The notes beneath the pieces are model-generated. The model searched no databases and was not told the origin of the DNA. It was given only the letters and a program-made list of their open reading frames with translations. DNA of 57,641 nucleotides, filler included, from Platydemus manokwari (taxonomy: Eukaryota), in the NCBI GenBank assembly GCA_037951405.1. It is 5 parts of 5 records of this genome, joined end to end, with 100 filler letters (N's around TTAATTAATTAA, not from the genome) between each part and the next. Parts side by side here need not be neighbours in the genome. Positions count along the whole stretch, not along the records: positions 1 to 13,435 come from JBBMOY011726953.1; positions 13,536 to 24,496 come from JBBMOY011019968.1; 3 more parts are not named here. The stretch is one strand, 5' to 3'. The position numbers were made by a program, and so were the translations under genes. Numbering within the stretch: the first letter of the stretch is position 1; each line of letters begins with the position of its first letter. Of the stretch, positions 10,401 through 23,826 are shown one piece after another.

Positions 10401-13246
10401 TAAAATATTTTTTATTCCTCTTTATCAAATCATTAAAAAAAAATAATGCTTCAATGAGATAAAGTTTTCCTATCTTCATCCATGTATTATCTGCCTTATT
10501 CATTGAAGCTGAGTAATTTGTTGCTAAGATATTTTTTCTTTGTTTTGTAAATTTTGTGTAAAGTTATCGTTGAATAACTTGTGAAAAATTTCTAATTTCG
10601 GAAAAAAATTGAAATGGAATAATGTGTGAATTTGGATTCCGTAACCATATTGATAGACAATACAATGATCGTTGTCATACACATTTTAAACTGCTGCAAC
10701 ACTACAACACTACTGCTATAGTAGACATTCATTTAAAATCAATGTTGTAACGGGACGATTCAATATATTGTTTGAATTTTGTTGGTTTGTAAAGATTCAT
10801 TGAGGCGATAATCATTATTAAAACCAATTTTCAAATTGATTCTTTTCTGAAAAATTTATTTATGATAATTTTATATATTGCAATTTATCAATGTTCCTGG
10901 TTATTCATTTTTCAAGATTCTTATTACCATTGATATTAAAGTATTCCTCATCCTCATCGCCACTACTCCTAACCGCCAGTTCCTCTTAACGGCCACATTT
11001 TTCCAATGATAAAACAAATAAAAAGTTCATTTGATTGTCATTTTTTAGTATTTTTTCTTATAAAGAAACTCCTCTTAACCTCCAATTCCTTTTAACTGCC
11101 ACATTTTACCAATTCCCCAAAAGTAGCTATTATAAGGAGGAATACTGTGCATTGAATTTGTTAAAGTTAATTTATTTATTTTTAATGAATATTTTAATGA
11201 ATAATTGTACTGTTAATTGGAAGGTATTAATTTAATCAGTTCATTCATTGGTTGAAGTCAGTTCTTTAGTTAGTATTGATAAAGATTATTAGGAATATTG
11301 ATTCATGTTATATGAACAATAGCATCTTTCCTAATATTTTTGTCTAATATTATGAGAATGATTGGATTTTAAAAAAGACCTCGCAATTTTTAGATGCTAT
11401 ATGTAACATTACCCCAAACCTAATTTAATTATTCAGCATTTTCGAAATACCGATTATCTGTAGATACAGTTAGTTAGTTATTTATTACAACACTTACAAA
11501 TCACGGTCATTCGAGAAATAAATTGTAATTTATGTGATTTGTAATCAGCTTTAAAAATTAATGTGCTCTCGATAAATACATGAATTTATTAAATTATTTT
11601 ACGACTCATTAAAATATGATGTATCTTCTGGTATACAAAGAAATAAAGAAGTTTCATTCTGATGAATTTCTAAGGAAGTTGAACTTTTATTTTTGTCAGC
11701 TACCTTCATGTACCCAATACCTCCCTCATATATTTTTTGATAACTTGATCAAATATAATAAATTGATGCAATTATTATTATGAAATTTAATTTCTCTTCC
11801 TAATTATTTATTTCATCTTGTAGCTAGCTAAAGTTCACGTAAGTAGAAAACGAAATCTAATTAATAAATGATGCACGAATTTTGGTTTATTTGTTTTTCA
11901 ATTCACTGTTTGCAAGAACGATTGCTATGAGACAACCATGTTATGCATTCGAAATTATTTTAGTCAACAGTTCGGAAACGATGGAAAAATTGGAAAATCT
12001 TTTGAAACGTTGGATCAAACAAATAGAACAAGTACTATCCGAATCCGAACAAATCCGCCGTGAAGCTGACGACGTGGGACCGTCCGCTGAGCTATCGTAC
12101 TGGAAATCTCGAATGTCAAGATTTAACAAGTCAGACTGATTTTATGGAAATTTGAGCTTATTAACTTATATTATCTAATATAGTCTTCTTGAACAAATGA
12201 AAACGAAAAAAGTGACCGATGTTATCACTATCCTACATTTTGCGAAATCACGTTCGCTAAAAAAATGGAGAGAATTAGTAATGTTTTAATTGTTTCTTAT
12301 AATTTTTTAAAATCATTTTTACAGATATCTTTATGAATTTATCAATTTTTAAAATATTTTAAATATAAAAAACAACTACTTATATAGCTAGTAATAATAC
12401 TAATAATTTAGGACTCTAGAATTACAGATGCAGCCAATGAAGCAAAGGACAACGTGAAATACCTCTATACTTTAGATAAATTTTTTGGACCTTTGTCAAA
12501 GTGTAATCCGGTAAAACTCAATTGATCAGTATCTTAATAAATGATTATTTATTTGGAAATAATTATTTAGGTCGAAATGATTGAGCATATTCCATCGTTG
12601 ATAAACGCCATTCGAATGATCTATAGCATTTCGCAGTACTACAATTCATCGGAAAGAATGACGTCATTATTTGTGAAAGTAACCAATCAGATGATCACAA
12701 CTTGCAAACATTACATGTATGATGGAGTTTCAAAAATTTGGGAGCATAGCAAGTATGTTTTATAAACAATATTCCGTTTACAGACCTAAACATTTAAAAA
12801 TAATTATTAATTAATTTATTGATCTAAATTTTATTTATTTTTAATGGTAAAATGATTATTATCATTTTAAATTTTCAGAGAAGAGTTAGCCAAGAGAATC
12901 GACAATTGTCGAAAATTGAATGAAGAATATGAAACATGTTTTCATGCAACAAAAAAGAAACTTCAAGAAGATCCATCAGAAAAACAATTCGAATTTAGGT
13001 TTGATTTTAATTTGGATGAAGTCTGGTTGATCAACTCCACTTAGTGAGAATTATATATTCGGAAAATTTGATGCGTTTTGCAAACGACTGTCGAAAATCA
13101 AACAATTAATGAATATTCTTGAAAGTTATTCGATTTTACAAACTTTCAAAATCGAAGGAATCGACAGCATCGTTGTGAGATATAAAACGATCAATGATAT
13201 AATCAAAAAGAAAACATATGATATTCTTGATCACAGGAAATCGGAA
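7455..13246 (+). CDS. DNAH5: Axonemal outer-arm dynein heavy chain (DNAH5/DNAH8 family), N-terminal ~569 aa, truncated by contig end
   Basis: Exons 7455-7509, 8744-8826, 9094-9180, 9231-9263, 9311-9373, 9450-9521, 9574-9660, 9708-9881, 9984-10173, 11964-12129, 12184-12277, 12412-12510, 12571-12752, 12879-12998 and 13045-13246 splice in frame. DHC_N1 motifs: [99 protein letters not shown]5 versus DNAH8 cannot be resolved. Confidence 0.93.
8634..8646. promoter_or_regulatory. 13-bp X-box-like motif GTTACCAGGTTAC in dynein intron 1
   Basis: RFX-type near-palindrome ~115 bp upstream of a second in-frame ATG (8761). Confidence 0.4.
10939..11147. mobile_element. Tigger/pogo-like MITE (~209 bp) in a dynein intron
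   Basis: Termini AGTATTCCTC ... GAGGAATACT (the right end reads CAGTATTCCTC on minus), preceded by TA. Internal repeats of the CTCTTAACGGCCAC / CTCTTAACCTCCA / TTTTAACTGCCAC type. Confidence 0.7.
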
Positions 13247-13435
13247 GTAAATTATTATATTTCTAATGTTGTTGTTAAGATTGAGTTTAAATTTGAAAAT
13301 ACGGCTTGAGTTAAGAAAAATGATCCTTAGATCTACTTTCGTTATAATGAATTTTTGTGCATGAGATAATTTTATAACTTAATTTTATATATAACTGCTA
13401 TGTTTGATTTATTCGTATAATTCAGTTAATATCTC

Positions 13436-13535
13436 NNNNNNNNNNNNNNNNNNNNNNNNNNNNNNNNNNNNNNNNNNNNTTAATTAATTAANNNNNNNNN
13501 NNNNNNNNNNNNNNNNNNNNNNNNNNNNNNNNNNN
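13436..13535. other. Assembly gap with TTAATTAATTAA stop-codon linker
   Basis: 44 N + TTAATTAATTAA + 44 N. Confidence 0.98.
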
Positions 13536-13803
13536 TTGCATTGTATGATGCAATTAAAAGCTATAGATGAAGAAGTTCTTTACAAAATTCGTAATTAGTG
13601 TTTAATTACAAATTCTGAAATAAATTTTAAAAATATATTAATTAAAAAATAATAATAATAAATAAAGTTAAAATATTGTGGTATGAAATAACAATATGTT
13701 AATTAAAAAAAGTTAAAGAACATAAAAATTGTAAGTAATTAAATCAAATTCGTAAAATCGAGTTATTATTTGTGTTGTTTAAATAATATTTATTTAACCT
13801 AAA

Positions 13804-16800
13804 ATGGACAATGATGTTAAAACTGACGACAGTGTTGCTCTTAAGTTCGATGTTGAGGATATGAAAGAACTAATGTTAGAACGGGAATATATCAAAGAAT
13901 TGATGGAGGAAGAAGAGTGCAAAGTCAGTTTTTATAACAAATCTTATTTCAAAAAATACTGTTTTAGCTTTATGATTCCAAAGTTGATGACGATACAGAT
14001 AATTTTTTCAATGGTGAAGGTTATCAGAATTTGATCAAAGAATGTGGAGTTACATCACAAGATTTATACAAAGAAATCGATATTGACTCATCAGATTCTA
14101 CTCCATTTTTAAAATATAAAAGCTTAACTCACAAAATGACAGATATTAGTAATGGTGATAAACTAGTTTTCAAACGTCTCATTTCTAAAGGAGAAGGTCC
14201 AAAAGTACCTGAGGCTTCATTAGTTATTTGTAAGTTTAATTTAAATTATTTTTTTAATTATGAATTATTTATGACCAATAATATTTTGTAATTATTAGAT
14301 AACTATAAATTTTATCACGAACATCAAATCGAACCATTTGATAGCACTCGATTTAAAAAGCGGCCTGATAGACAGCGTGTTGGTGTTGGTAAGGCTTAAA
14401 TATATAATTTTTACAATGTTTAAAAATTTTCATGAAGGCCAATTGTTACCCGGGCTTGATTTAGCGTTGCAATCAATGTGCAAAAAGGAAAGAGCAAATT
14501 TTGTTTTTGACTCATCAGTGATGTTTGGTGAATTGGGTGTTCCACCAAGAATTCCAGGAGGATCTGATAGTATGTTGAATAATATTTTTGAATATGATTT
14601 CTATGTTTAATGGTTTCAGTATATGCTGAAGTGGAGGTTGTTGACTTTACAGAAAAGAATTTAATCGACGAATTCTTTGAGAAAACTGTTGTAAGTATTA
14701 AATAAAACGTAAATATTCTGAGGATATTTTTTTGATAAATTCGTTTTAAGGATGAAAGATTGAATTTGGGTTTTAAGGAGATGATTGATTTAGTTGTCCA
14801 ATGTCGAAATGTGATTATTTTCGTATATTAATTGATATCATTTGCTTATTTATTCTATTAGGATGCCAATGTAGCTGTTAGAAACAAACGCTTTGGTGTT
14901 GCTTTGAATAAATACTTTCGAGTTACATTTTTATTTCTTTGGAATTGATTTACGGATTTTACGGTAGGGTTTGGATATCCTGCACGTGATACCATTGTCG
15001 ACTGATGAGGAGGAAACGACACATGAGAATCATGTCGTCAAATTGCAATTGAATATGGCTCATTGTAATTTGAAATTGAATCGAGGACCTTCGGCCATTA
15101 AATGCTGCAACGTTGTTCTGGCAAAACAACCAAAGAATCCAAAAGCATTATATCGAAAGGCAAAGGTTAGAATAGAGATTTGATAAATCTTTTCTTTGCT
15201 ATAATCACACTTTATTATATAATATTAAAATATGATGCGGTTTTATGAGAAAATGATGACGAAATAAGCAGTTATATTGCCATTCTTAACATGGAATGTC
15301 AACATTTTAAAAATGTGAGATTATTAATCGATTATGTAATCAATGCGGTGTTCTATCCCAGCTGGTGGAAAGGAGTTTATATTTCAGCCTTTATGGCTAT
15401 ATATTATGTTAAATATAATGTTTATAATTTATAATCAACAATCGATATCATCTCCTGCTATTAATCACACCAGATCTCCATTTATTATTAATCATTTTAG
15501 ATCTTTACAATTGTATCTCATCACTGATAATTACGATATAATTTGAAAATCACTCCTTATAAATGATTTAGGGCTAAATTTATAAATTGATTATATATCT
15601 GTTGGGTGTTATTTTTAGATTTTTTCATTTCTATTAAATAAACATTAGAAGTGTTAATATAACACACACACACACTTATATATAAACGATATTATTAACT
15701 GAGCCTGTATTCAAATATATCTGATCAATATCACTCCACATCAAATGGGAATAGAATTCTGAAAATCGATTTTCCTATCAAATCTAACTCATTTTTATCA
15801 AATCCCATATTTGGGGTTTGACAAGAATAATTTATGATGATTTAATGTGCTCTCACATAGGTAAAAGTTGAAAAGCTCATTATTTTATAAATCACCGGGA
15901 TATGGATAGCATTGAATTATATAAATTGTGAACACGACCATGAAATAACCGGGTGGCAAGCGTGCGAAATGTAGTTCAGCTTCAATACACTTCTGGGCAC
16001 TATTCAACACGTAATGAGCAATTTATATGTTATATTAATTTGGGATTGGCTTACTTCTCTATATCATTCGTTTTAAACCAAGGCACCTTAGGAACACATT
16101 AGATTAGCCATGATATACTAAGGGGACCCATTACCCTCTACTAGTTTCCAGTTAGATAAAAGAACAACATAGCTATCAACAATTTTATGCACGATCAAAT
16201 CTTTTGAATTTTTCATTCAAAGAACCATTTTCCGTTGCTTGTAATTAGGTCCATAGAAATGGATAAAGCTATAAACGATATCGTCAAATCCTGGGCTTAA
16301 TAGCCTCATCTTTGTTTTTATAAGATCGCATCGTTCGATCTAATGGTACTTCTAAAGGAAAAAATTGCAATATTTTTAAGAGTATTATTCTCAGGGGATT
16401 CCGAAACGAACTGTGCTTGTAAAGGTTACCATGCTCACAACATAATCGAAAAACACTGCTGTATGGTGTTGTGATAATTTATTTAACAGTAATTTAAACT
16501 AAATTATTTTTCATTTTAATCTCTCTACAATTGAGATAATTACTGCCATTTCAAAATTAAATTTCTTTGAATTTTCAATTAAATATGAACTACAAAATTT
16601 GTAAAATGATTTTCAATCTCTCCCATATTCACTTGAATTTTTAGTACAGAAAATAATTTTGTGGTAATGAAGTAAATTTATTCAATATTTGCTCAAATGT
16701 GTTTTACCAGTTGAATTTATCGAACATTTATAAAATTAATAATAACTCAATTGCTCTCTAGGGTCTCATGATTATTGGAGAATATGATGATGCAGCCAAA

Positions 16801-17923
16801 TGTTTGGCATCGGCGAACAAATATCTACCCAACGACAAAGATATATTAGATGCGATAGCAACCAACGAGGAGTGAGTATTTTATTTGACATACACACACG
16901 CGCGCATTAAGATTATTCAAAATGATGATTGAAATTGATTTTTCTCTTGGCTATTTATAGATTACGGTTTTGTAGTATTTGATAAAGTGCGTTTCTATTT
17001 AAAATCTCAGTCTAAATTTTGAGCTACAGATTTATTGTGGTATTCAGACTAAAAATTTTTATTTGTACTCGTATAATTTAATCGTCGATACTGTCATTGA
17101 TTGGTGATTATGTTCTGACAGAACGATATTTCGGGGAGATATATGCTGTCTTGAATGATCGAAATAGGAACTTGTTTGTGTGTTTGGAATAAAATTGACA
17201 GCGACTTGAATTTGATTATAAAAAAATTCGAATAATATTATAAGTAGTGTGGTGTTATTGATTTGTAGCAATTTTAAGAGAAAAATGGTCGATATCAGGT
17301 AGAGTGAATCGACATATTTTAAGATGGGTTTCTATTTTCTGTTGTTGACGTAATTTTTTTTATAATCACCCGTACAGCCTTTATGATTACACGATGCGCC
17401 AATGAAACTTAAAAATCGATTTTGTTTAATAATAGATTTGGAAGATTTCGAATATCTTGTGAAATGTGAATTTTTATTTAAAACTGTATTATATATATTT
17501 ATTTTACTCGGTTATTGTTAATCAATATTAATCCTCAGTCTCAAACGGCAATATGTTGAAAGTGAAAAACTATTGGCTAAATCAATGCTGAAAATCGAAA
17601 AAGAGAATGGTAGCATTTTTAAACATAGATTTTGTAAACATAATTTTGTAACCAGTTGTACCTACAAAAACTCCGAAAGTTATTGATCTTGACACTGATC
17701 TTGCTATCGATTTGAGGAACCAAATCAAGTGAGATGATAGCATTGTGTTATCGTTTAAAACATTTTTATCTGGTTGCTTAGAAATTTTCTCGACATGGAA
17801 GAAAACAAAATCCTTTCCAATTTGAATGGTTTGTCAGTCAATGAGATCGAAGTGGTCAAGGCCTTGTGTGACGAATATAATTTAAATTTCAACGACAAAG
17901 ATGGAATAATTAAAAAGAAATAA
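13804..17923 (+). CDS. FKBP6: FKBP6/Shutdown-like FKBP-TPR co-chaperone, 12 exons, ~462 aa
   Basis: Exons 13804-13923, 13968-14229, 14299-14388, 14438-14569, 14620-14690, 14751-14810, 14862-14921, 14968-15165, 16762-16871, 17539-17609, 17656-17728, 17782-17923. Acidic N-terminus; single FKBP domain (KRLISKGEGPKVP..SLV..Y....EPFDST; LPGLDLALQSMCKKERANF; MFGELGVPPRIP); TPRs (LNMAHCNLKLNRG..AI..C..VL..QPKNPKALYRKAK). Confidence 0.85.
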
Positions 17924-18099
17924 ATACATTTTATATATATTTGTAATCTAGACCACAAAATTTGTTGTTAATAAAATATTGAAGTTTACTTTGTTGTTGT
18001 GTGCTACTGCGATTAATTGGACTACTTCTATTGGATTTGAAGTTGTATAATACAAAGCAAACTAAACGTTAAAGCATGTGAATAAACAAAACTTATTTG

Positions 18100-18450
18100 A
18101 TTAAGTTATGTTCGTAATTAGAAGAGTTGATATAATCTGGATCTAGTTGGATAGCTGTAAAAATACCGGGTAAATGATGTGTTGAGATATGATCGATATA
18201 GTTAAGAAGACTCGAAGTTAAGGACTCAATTTATAGAAGGACTAGACAATGGAATAAAATAATTTATCTTCACAATACCAATGGAAAATCACTGATTTCG
18301 TAAATAATGAAATCAGTTTAGGAGAAAACTTTTAGGAAAAAAATTTATACCATACTAGCGCAATCATGTGCAACCATAGATTACATTTTTAGGAAGGAGA
18401 AAAACATTATTGTCGATTTAGATGTGGTAAAAAAATTATTTAAATTAATT
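18100..18450 (+). pseudogene. Possible gypsy gag relic between the FKBP6 and PITP 3' ends
   Basis: 18215-18262 translates KLRTQFIEGLDNGIK*, like the gag capsid 'LRDQFIxGL' motif. The surroundings are full of stops. Confidence 0.3.
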
Positions 18451-18979
18451 TTTACGCATCCAATAAATTTGAAATCATTCACCATTAGGTAAAAACTTGA
18501 TAACCTTCATAGTCAAAATAAACACATTTTCCTCCACTTGATTCACAACATTTTATTTTCTTAAAACACAACCTGAGTAATACAAACGATAATAAATTTG
18601 ACGTAACTATACCTCATCTTTTTGTGATAAAAACCAAAGTTTATCTACTGTTATATTTCAGCTAGCTAACTTTCTTATCAAAAGTTCCTTAGAGTTGTAC
18701 ATATTTCGAACCGACAAATACACACACACACACGCATATATCGCCAATCATTATTTTGCCATTACACGGATATCCAAAAAAATATTAATTGTCGAATAAA
18801 GAACAATTCAAAGATGTAAAAACCAGATTTATTTATTGTTAACAATCATTGCAATGATCTACATTTCAATAAGATCACGAACATACCACATAACATATAT
18901 CTATTGCGACAATGGACAACAAATAAGAAAGTTGAATTCAACACGCTAGTTTTTTCGACATGAATAAATTGGAATAAAT

Positions 18980-21900
18980 CTAATCCATTTGAGTCGTTCC
19001 TCTGACTACGTTATCACGTAATTGCTGAAATAAACATTAATTATTTGCCATGATAATATATAAATTTTTATCATTATAATATGTGCATCATAATAACAAG
19101 AATATATTGAAACAATTATTGTTTCCAGACCACTGTGATCGATCGTTAATATTAGACTTTCTGAATATCCCTCCTTATGTTTTGGCTATTATTGGATAAA
19201 TCGATTATGTAAAATGATAAATAAATACGAAACTAATCAATGCTAATGGGTTTAAAGTACCCAGATAACATTTACTGGAACCAAATAATCGTAATACAAA
19301 CACTGTGTGCTTGTTAAGATTTTGTAGTAAACGTATCTTAAATTGCAACCATAGAACCAGTTGAGTGACTGAAACAAACCAGCCAATCAAAATTCAGTAA
19401 AACAATTTACTATTTGAATATAATTACACCAAACATAATTATCGATAATTTCCCTGACAATCCAACAATCAAACCAACTGTCGTATTGATTTTTAGATTT
19501 CGAATAAAATTTAAGTGCTTAATTTTCCTTACAAGTATCGAAATTTGAATCAATATTTTTCATGAAATACAGGTAAAAATTTATAATATTTAACAAAATA
19601 TACCTCATCAAGTTCTTTTTTAGTTTTGTCTTCGATAGCTCGAATATCCTCCATTGTCATTCCGAACCATTTGTCCATCCAACAGAATACCATTCGATGG
19701 AAATTAGTGAAAATTCGCCTCTCTTGTTTCATAATGGTTTTTTCGATCTGGCTTTGTAATCCAAACCATTTGAAATCGCAAATGACCAATTTATAAGCAC
19801 ACATGATTGGACCAGTATTATCCTGTTGTTTATGGGGAAAAATAATTCATTTTAAACAATAGAATAATTAATAAAATTGTAGATCGAAATTTCAATATCT
19901 ACCCTGGTGATAAAATTATAGATTTGAACGGAAATTTGTTTCAATCCTAATGTATTCAAGCAAGTAGTCGAGTAGTTGATGAGTATTTTGGATTTAGATA
20001 AATCTGTTTTATATTCTCTATTAAAGAACTTGTAAATAGATAAGTCGAAATTATTTTTCCGTCTATTTAAACATGATGATTATATGATGATAATAAATCG
20101 AATTCCTAAATAATAATTAATGTCATCTCGATATCTCATTATGAGATATTATCAGCATAAATTTCAATTTTAAATATCTGCAAAAGAAGTATTTTAAAAC
20201 CATTTTAAAAAACTCCAAAAAAATATTCATAAAGAATAGACAACATAAACAACGGCTACTTAAATATTTCACAACCTGAAAAATTTAATTAAAATAATGG
20301 TTTTATTTAACACAAATTTTTAACTCTCAATATGAGAAACATTGATCGACACGATTCCAGGATATTTTCTGGCATTGATTGTTATCTTATTGGTTATGTC
20401 TTTAAACTGGTTTTACTTTAAGTATCACTTATTGCTTTAATTGACATCATAGCATTTGATACAAAATTTACATTATTTCATTAGCGAATATCATCGATTT
20501 ATAAAACGTTGATTAAGCATCGAAGCTCAAATAAAATAAATTGATGTCAAACTCGCTTGCTGATGAAATTTGTGTAAATAAAACACTTTATTTCCATCTA
20601 TCAATCACTGATGAATGCAATGTGACACAAAATCATACAATGCATCTGTGTAGTTGATATCTCATTGATAATACTACTTATTAATTTTAAAAGAAAAACT
20701 AGTTCTTTCACAAACGTAGGCGGATAACATCATATCATTAAGTTTACAAATATAACACATTTTTTTAATAATACAATTGTAATGTTTCTCTCATACTAGT
20801 ACAACAAAACAGGTGTTACATGAAATAATATGGAAACAAATCATGGGCGCGTACCTATAGATTATTTTAACACTGATTTTTTTCACCGTTATTTATAATA
20901 ATGGTTGGAATGTATTAACATAAACATTAACACCATGGAAACGAGATGCACTTTTATGATAAAAAAAAAAACAAACATAATCAATGTATGTACTTTTCTA
21001 TCGGTGAAAAGTATTTCAAGTTCATTTCACTTATCGATCTAAAATGATATCAAATGGAATTTATCATAATCAAATGATTAATATTATATTTTCATAAAAT
21101 AAATAGATCGACTTAAATCTCATTTCTATTTTACGAAAATCATTCCCCCTCCATTACAACAAAATATCGTATGTCGCTTGTAAGTGAATTTGTTTCAGAT
21201 CACAGAAATATCAATGAATTACAGTTGTAGTAGTAGCAGTTTTTTTGATTAAACAAACCAGACAGCAATTACACAAAAACCGTTCAATGAAAAACAAATC
21301 GTAATTGTGTAGTTAGTGTGTATGGAATTGGGCTCACCAATCGGCTCACATAGCCCACCTACTGGCGCAACGATGTTTGCCAATAATGCACCTGTCACCT
21401 TGTCATACTGGCTCATTCAAATTCAATAAAACCAAAGGAACGGTTGTCAGATCATTTTTGGCAAAAGATATTATGGGAATTATATTCAATTAATATTTAC
21501 TCTTATTATTAATTTATTTTTCATAAATTTTCAATTCTAATCAACCAATTACCTTCCACCATGGTTTATTTACCAACGGGCCTCTGCCGGCTTTTTTTGA
21601 TTGGAATAATCTCGGATCCTGATCGGCTTTGTAATCGCTGTAAGTGTACAAATCATCGTTGGCTATGTCTATGGTAATGACTTCTCTTTTCGCTAAGAGA
21701 TCTGGGGGTAATTGATGTGCCTGTTGATAGAAATCCGTTAATCATACACAACTCATGTAGGTAAAGAAATGATGATTACACACATACACAAATGAAAAGT
21801 CTTTACAACCAATCATCAAACAGAATTGAATATCCTTTGATACTGAAAATTGTACTACAATATGTAATCACAATGAATCATCGGATAATCTCTCAAATGC

Positions 21901-23016
21901 GTATTTTAATTAAATAAACACGTCATCACTTTAACGTGATTGCTATTTCGCAAGGACACGCACGCGCGCACACACACGGACATAGCAGAGATAATTTCTT
22001 CGCAACTTACAATTTTAGAGAAAATTCTATTAACATGAAACAATGACTCAAGTCAAAGTGGTATTAATTAATATTAATAATGAATACAATTAATAATTTT
22101 ACTAAAAATAGATAAAATTATTAATAATTTATTATTAATAACAATAATAAATACACCCATGCAAATAGTATTCCTAAGCCACGTGATAAATCGAATTAAC
22201 TTAAAATAAAAATATTTTCCGTGTAATCAAATCATGTGAAATCCATTGATTAATAACCTTTGCATCTTAAACTGAATAAAATACTCAAAAACGGATTTTA
22301 TTTGCATTGCAATGACATCATTATAAGATCCAATAAAATCAACAATGGCAACGTTAATAATCGTTAATTAAAATTACTAAATAATATTAAATGGCGATTG
22401 CTTATGTTTGGATTTAAAAATAATGAGAAAATAATTTCTACTTAAGAATATGAAATTAACTATCATTTTAAAATAATAAATTCACTTACATTTTCATTTG
22501 AACCATCATCTTGTATATGCATACTTTCAATTTTAATGAAGAATTTATCTTTCATATAACCTGGATTCTAAAAGAATCATCATCATTTAATGTAAATGTT
22601 ATATTTGTATCTACCGTTAGAACGGTTCGACAATAAGGATATGCATTCCAAGCCTTTTCTTCGAGCTGTAAAGCCTCTTTGGAAGCTAGATAGCGAACTA
22701 TACGAGGAACTTTGTTGATTAAGTGATATATTTTATAAGTATATTGGCCTTTTGTAAATCGAGGATCACCATTGAGGAGTACAGGTTGAGGTAAATGAAT
22801 AGTTTCGTCAAAAGGTTCATTTTTAATCACTTCAATTCCTTCGCCACCACCAGTTTCGTTTTTTGAAGCTTCAGCTACTGACCATAATTGTGCTACTTGG
22901 TATTCTTCCACAGACATTGGAAGAATAACACGACTGGTTTTTTAGAAAAATAAATCCAATTTAAAAGCCATTGAGTATTAAAAATGAACTAAAGCTTACA
23001 ATTCTTTGATAAGCAT
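18980..23016 (-). CDS. Class I phosphatidylinositol transfer protein (PITP alpha/beta, vibrator-like), 6 exons, ~281 aa
   Basis: Exons 23000-23016, 22615-22933, 22490-22567, 21553-21720, 19604-19822, 18980-19024. Motifs: [100 protein letters not shown]. Confidence 0.96.
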
Positions 23017-23455
23017 TCTGATAAACTAGCAAGATTTTGAATTTATAAATAAAATTATAATTTATAGTTCCTTTCACGTTTTAATTTATAAATGATGTAA
23101 AGTGACACAGTAAAACAAATTTGTACACAATTTATAATAGATAATTGTTATTGAAATAATTTATTTCTTGAAAAAACTGCAAAAATATGTGAAAATTCTA
23201 ATTTTTTTAATTTTTAGAAAAATATTTTCCAATTAAGCGCCAAATATAGTTAAAATATACTAAAAAAATAATGTTGGCAAATTCATTTGGCTGTCTAAGA
23301 GCATACCACATACAACATTGTGTGCAAAAAATTTAAATTATGATTTCACACTATAAGCTTAACTACTATTAAGTAAAAATAAATAATGGATGCTATGTAC
23401 ATATAACATTAAATTTGTATTGATTATACAGTGAATTTAATTTTTCAAATAATCA

Positions 23456-23826
23456 ATGACTGTAAGTTAATTTATTGTATTTAAAAAAATTAATAAAATT
23501 ATTTTAGCTGGAAATTGAATTAGATTCCTTAAATCATTTTACTAACGGAGATTGTTTGGAAATATGTGGAACGGTAGCTAATGATATGTACGATCAGTTT
23601 TAGCATTTCTATCATTTAAAAAGCTTATTTTAGTTTTGAAGTCGTGTTCTTAGCAAATGACGCACCTACTTTTAAATTTTCAGTTAATTCAAAGTATGGT
23701 TGGGATGTTTATACATGGAATAAGACTGCTTGTGACATTAATTCGGGGTCAGTCTATACATTTTTTGAATACGAGGAAAATAACCAATTTACTTTGTGTT
23801 TCCACATCAAATCCAGTCAGATTTCG
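23456..23826 (+). CDS. Divergent galectin-fold protein, first 3 exons (93 aa); 3' end not found before the gap
   Basis: Exons 23456-23461, 23508-23587 and 23634-23826 splice in frame: MTLEIELDSLNHFTNGDCLEICGTVANDIFEVVFLANDAPTFKFSVNSKYGWDVYTWNKTACDINSGSVYTFFEYEENNQFTLCFHIKSSQIS. GDCLEICGTVAND resembles galectin-1 GECLRVRGEVAPD, and the F..F.L.F.I strand pattern fits. Confidence 0.6.

Noticed and set aside
11941-12129. Antisense ORFs over real exons (also 17755-17958, 35698-35961, 50982-51215, 55735-55932)
   Set aside because: Shadow ORFs of coding or relic sequence with no independent motifs.
13480-13491. TTAATTAATTAA palindrome recurring four times as a biological motif
   Set aside because: Always centred in exactly 100-nt N gaps; it is an assembly linker.
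15890-16460. hAT-like right end (AAAAACACTG) in an FKBP6 intron
   Set aside because: No matching left TIR or TSD found.
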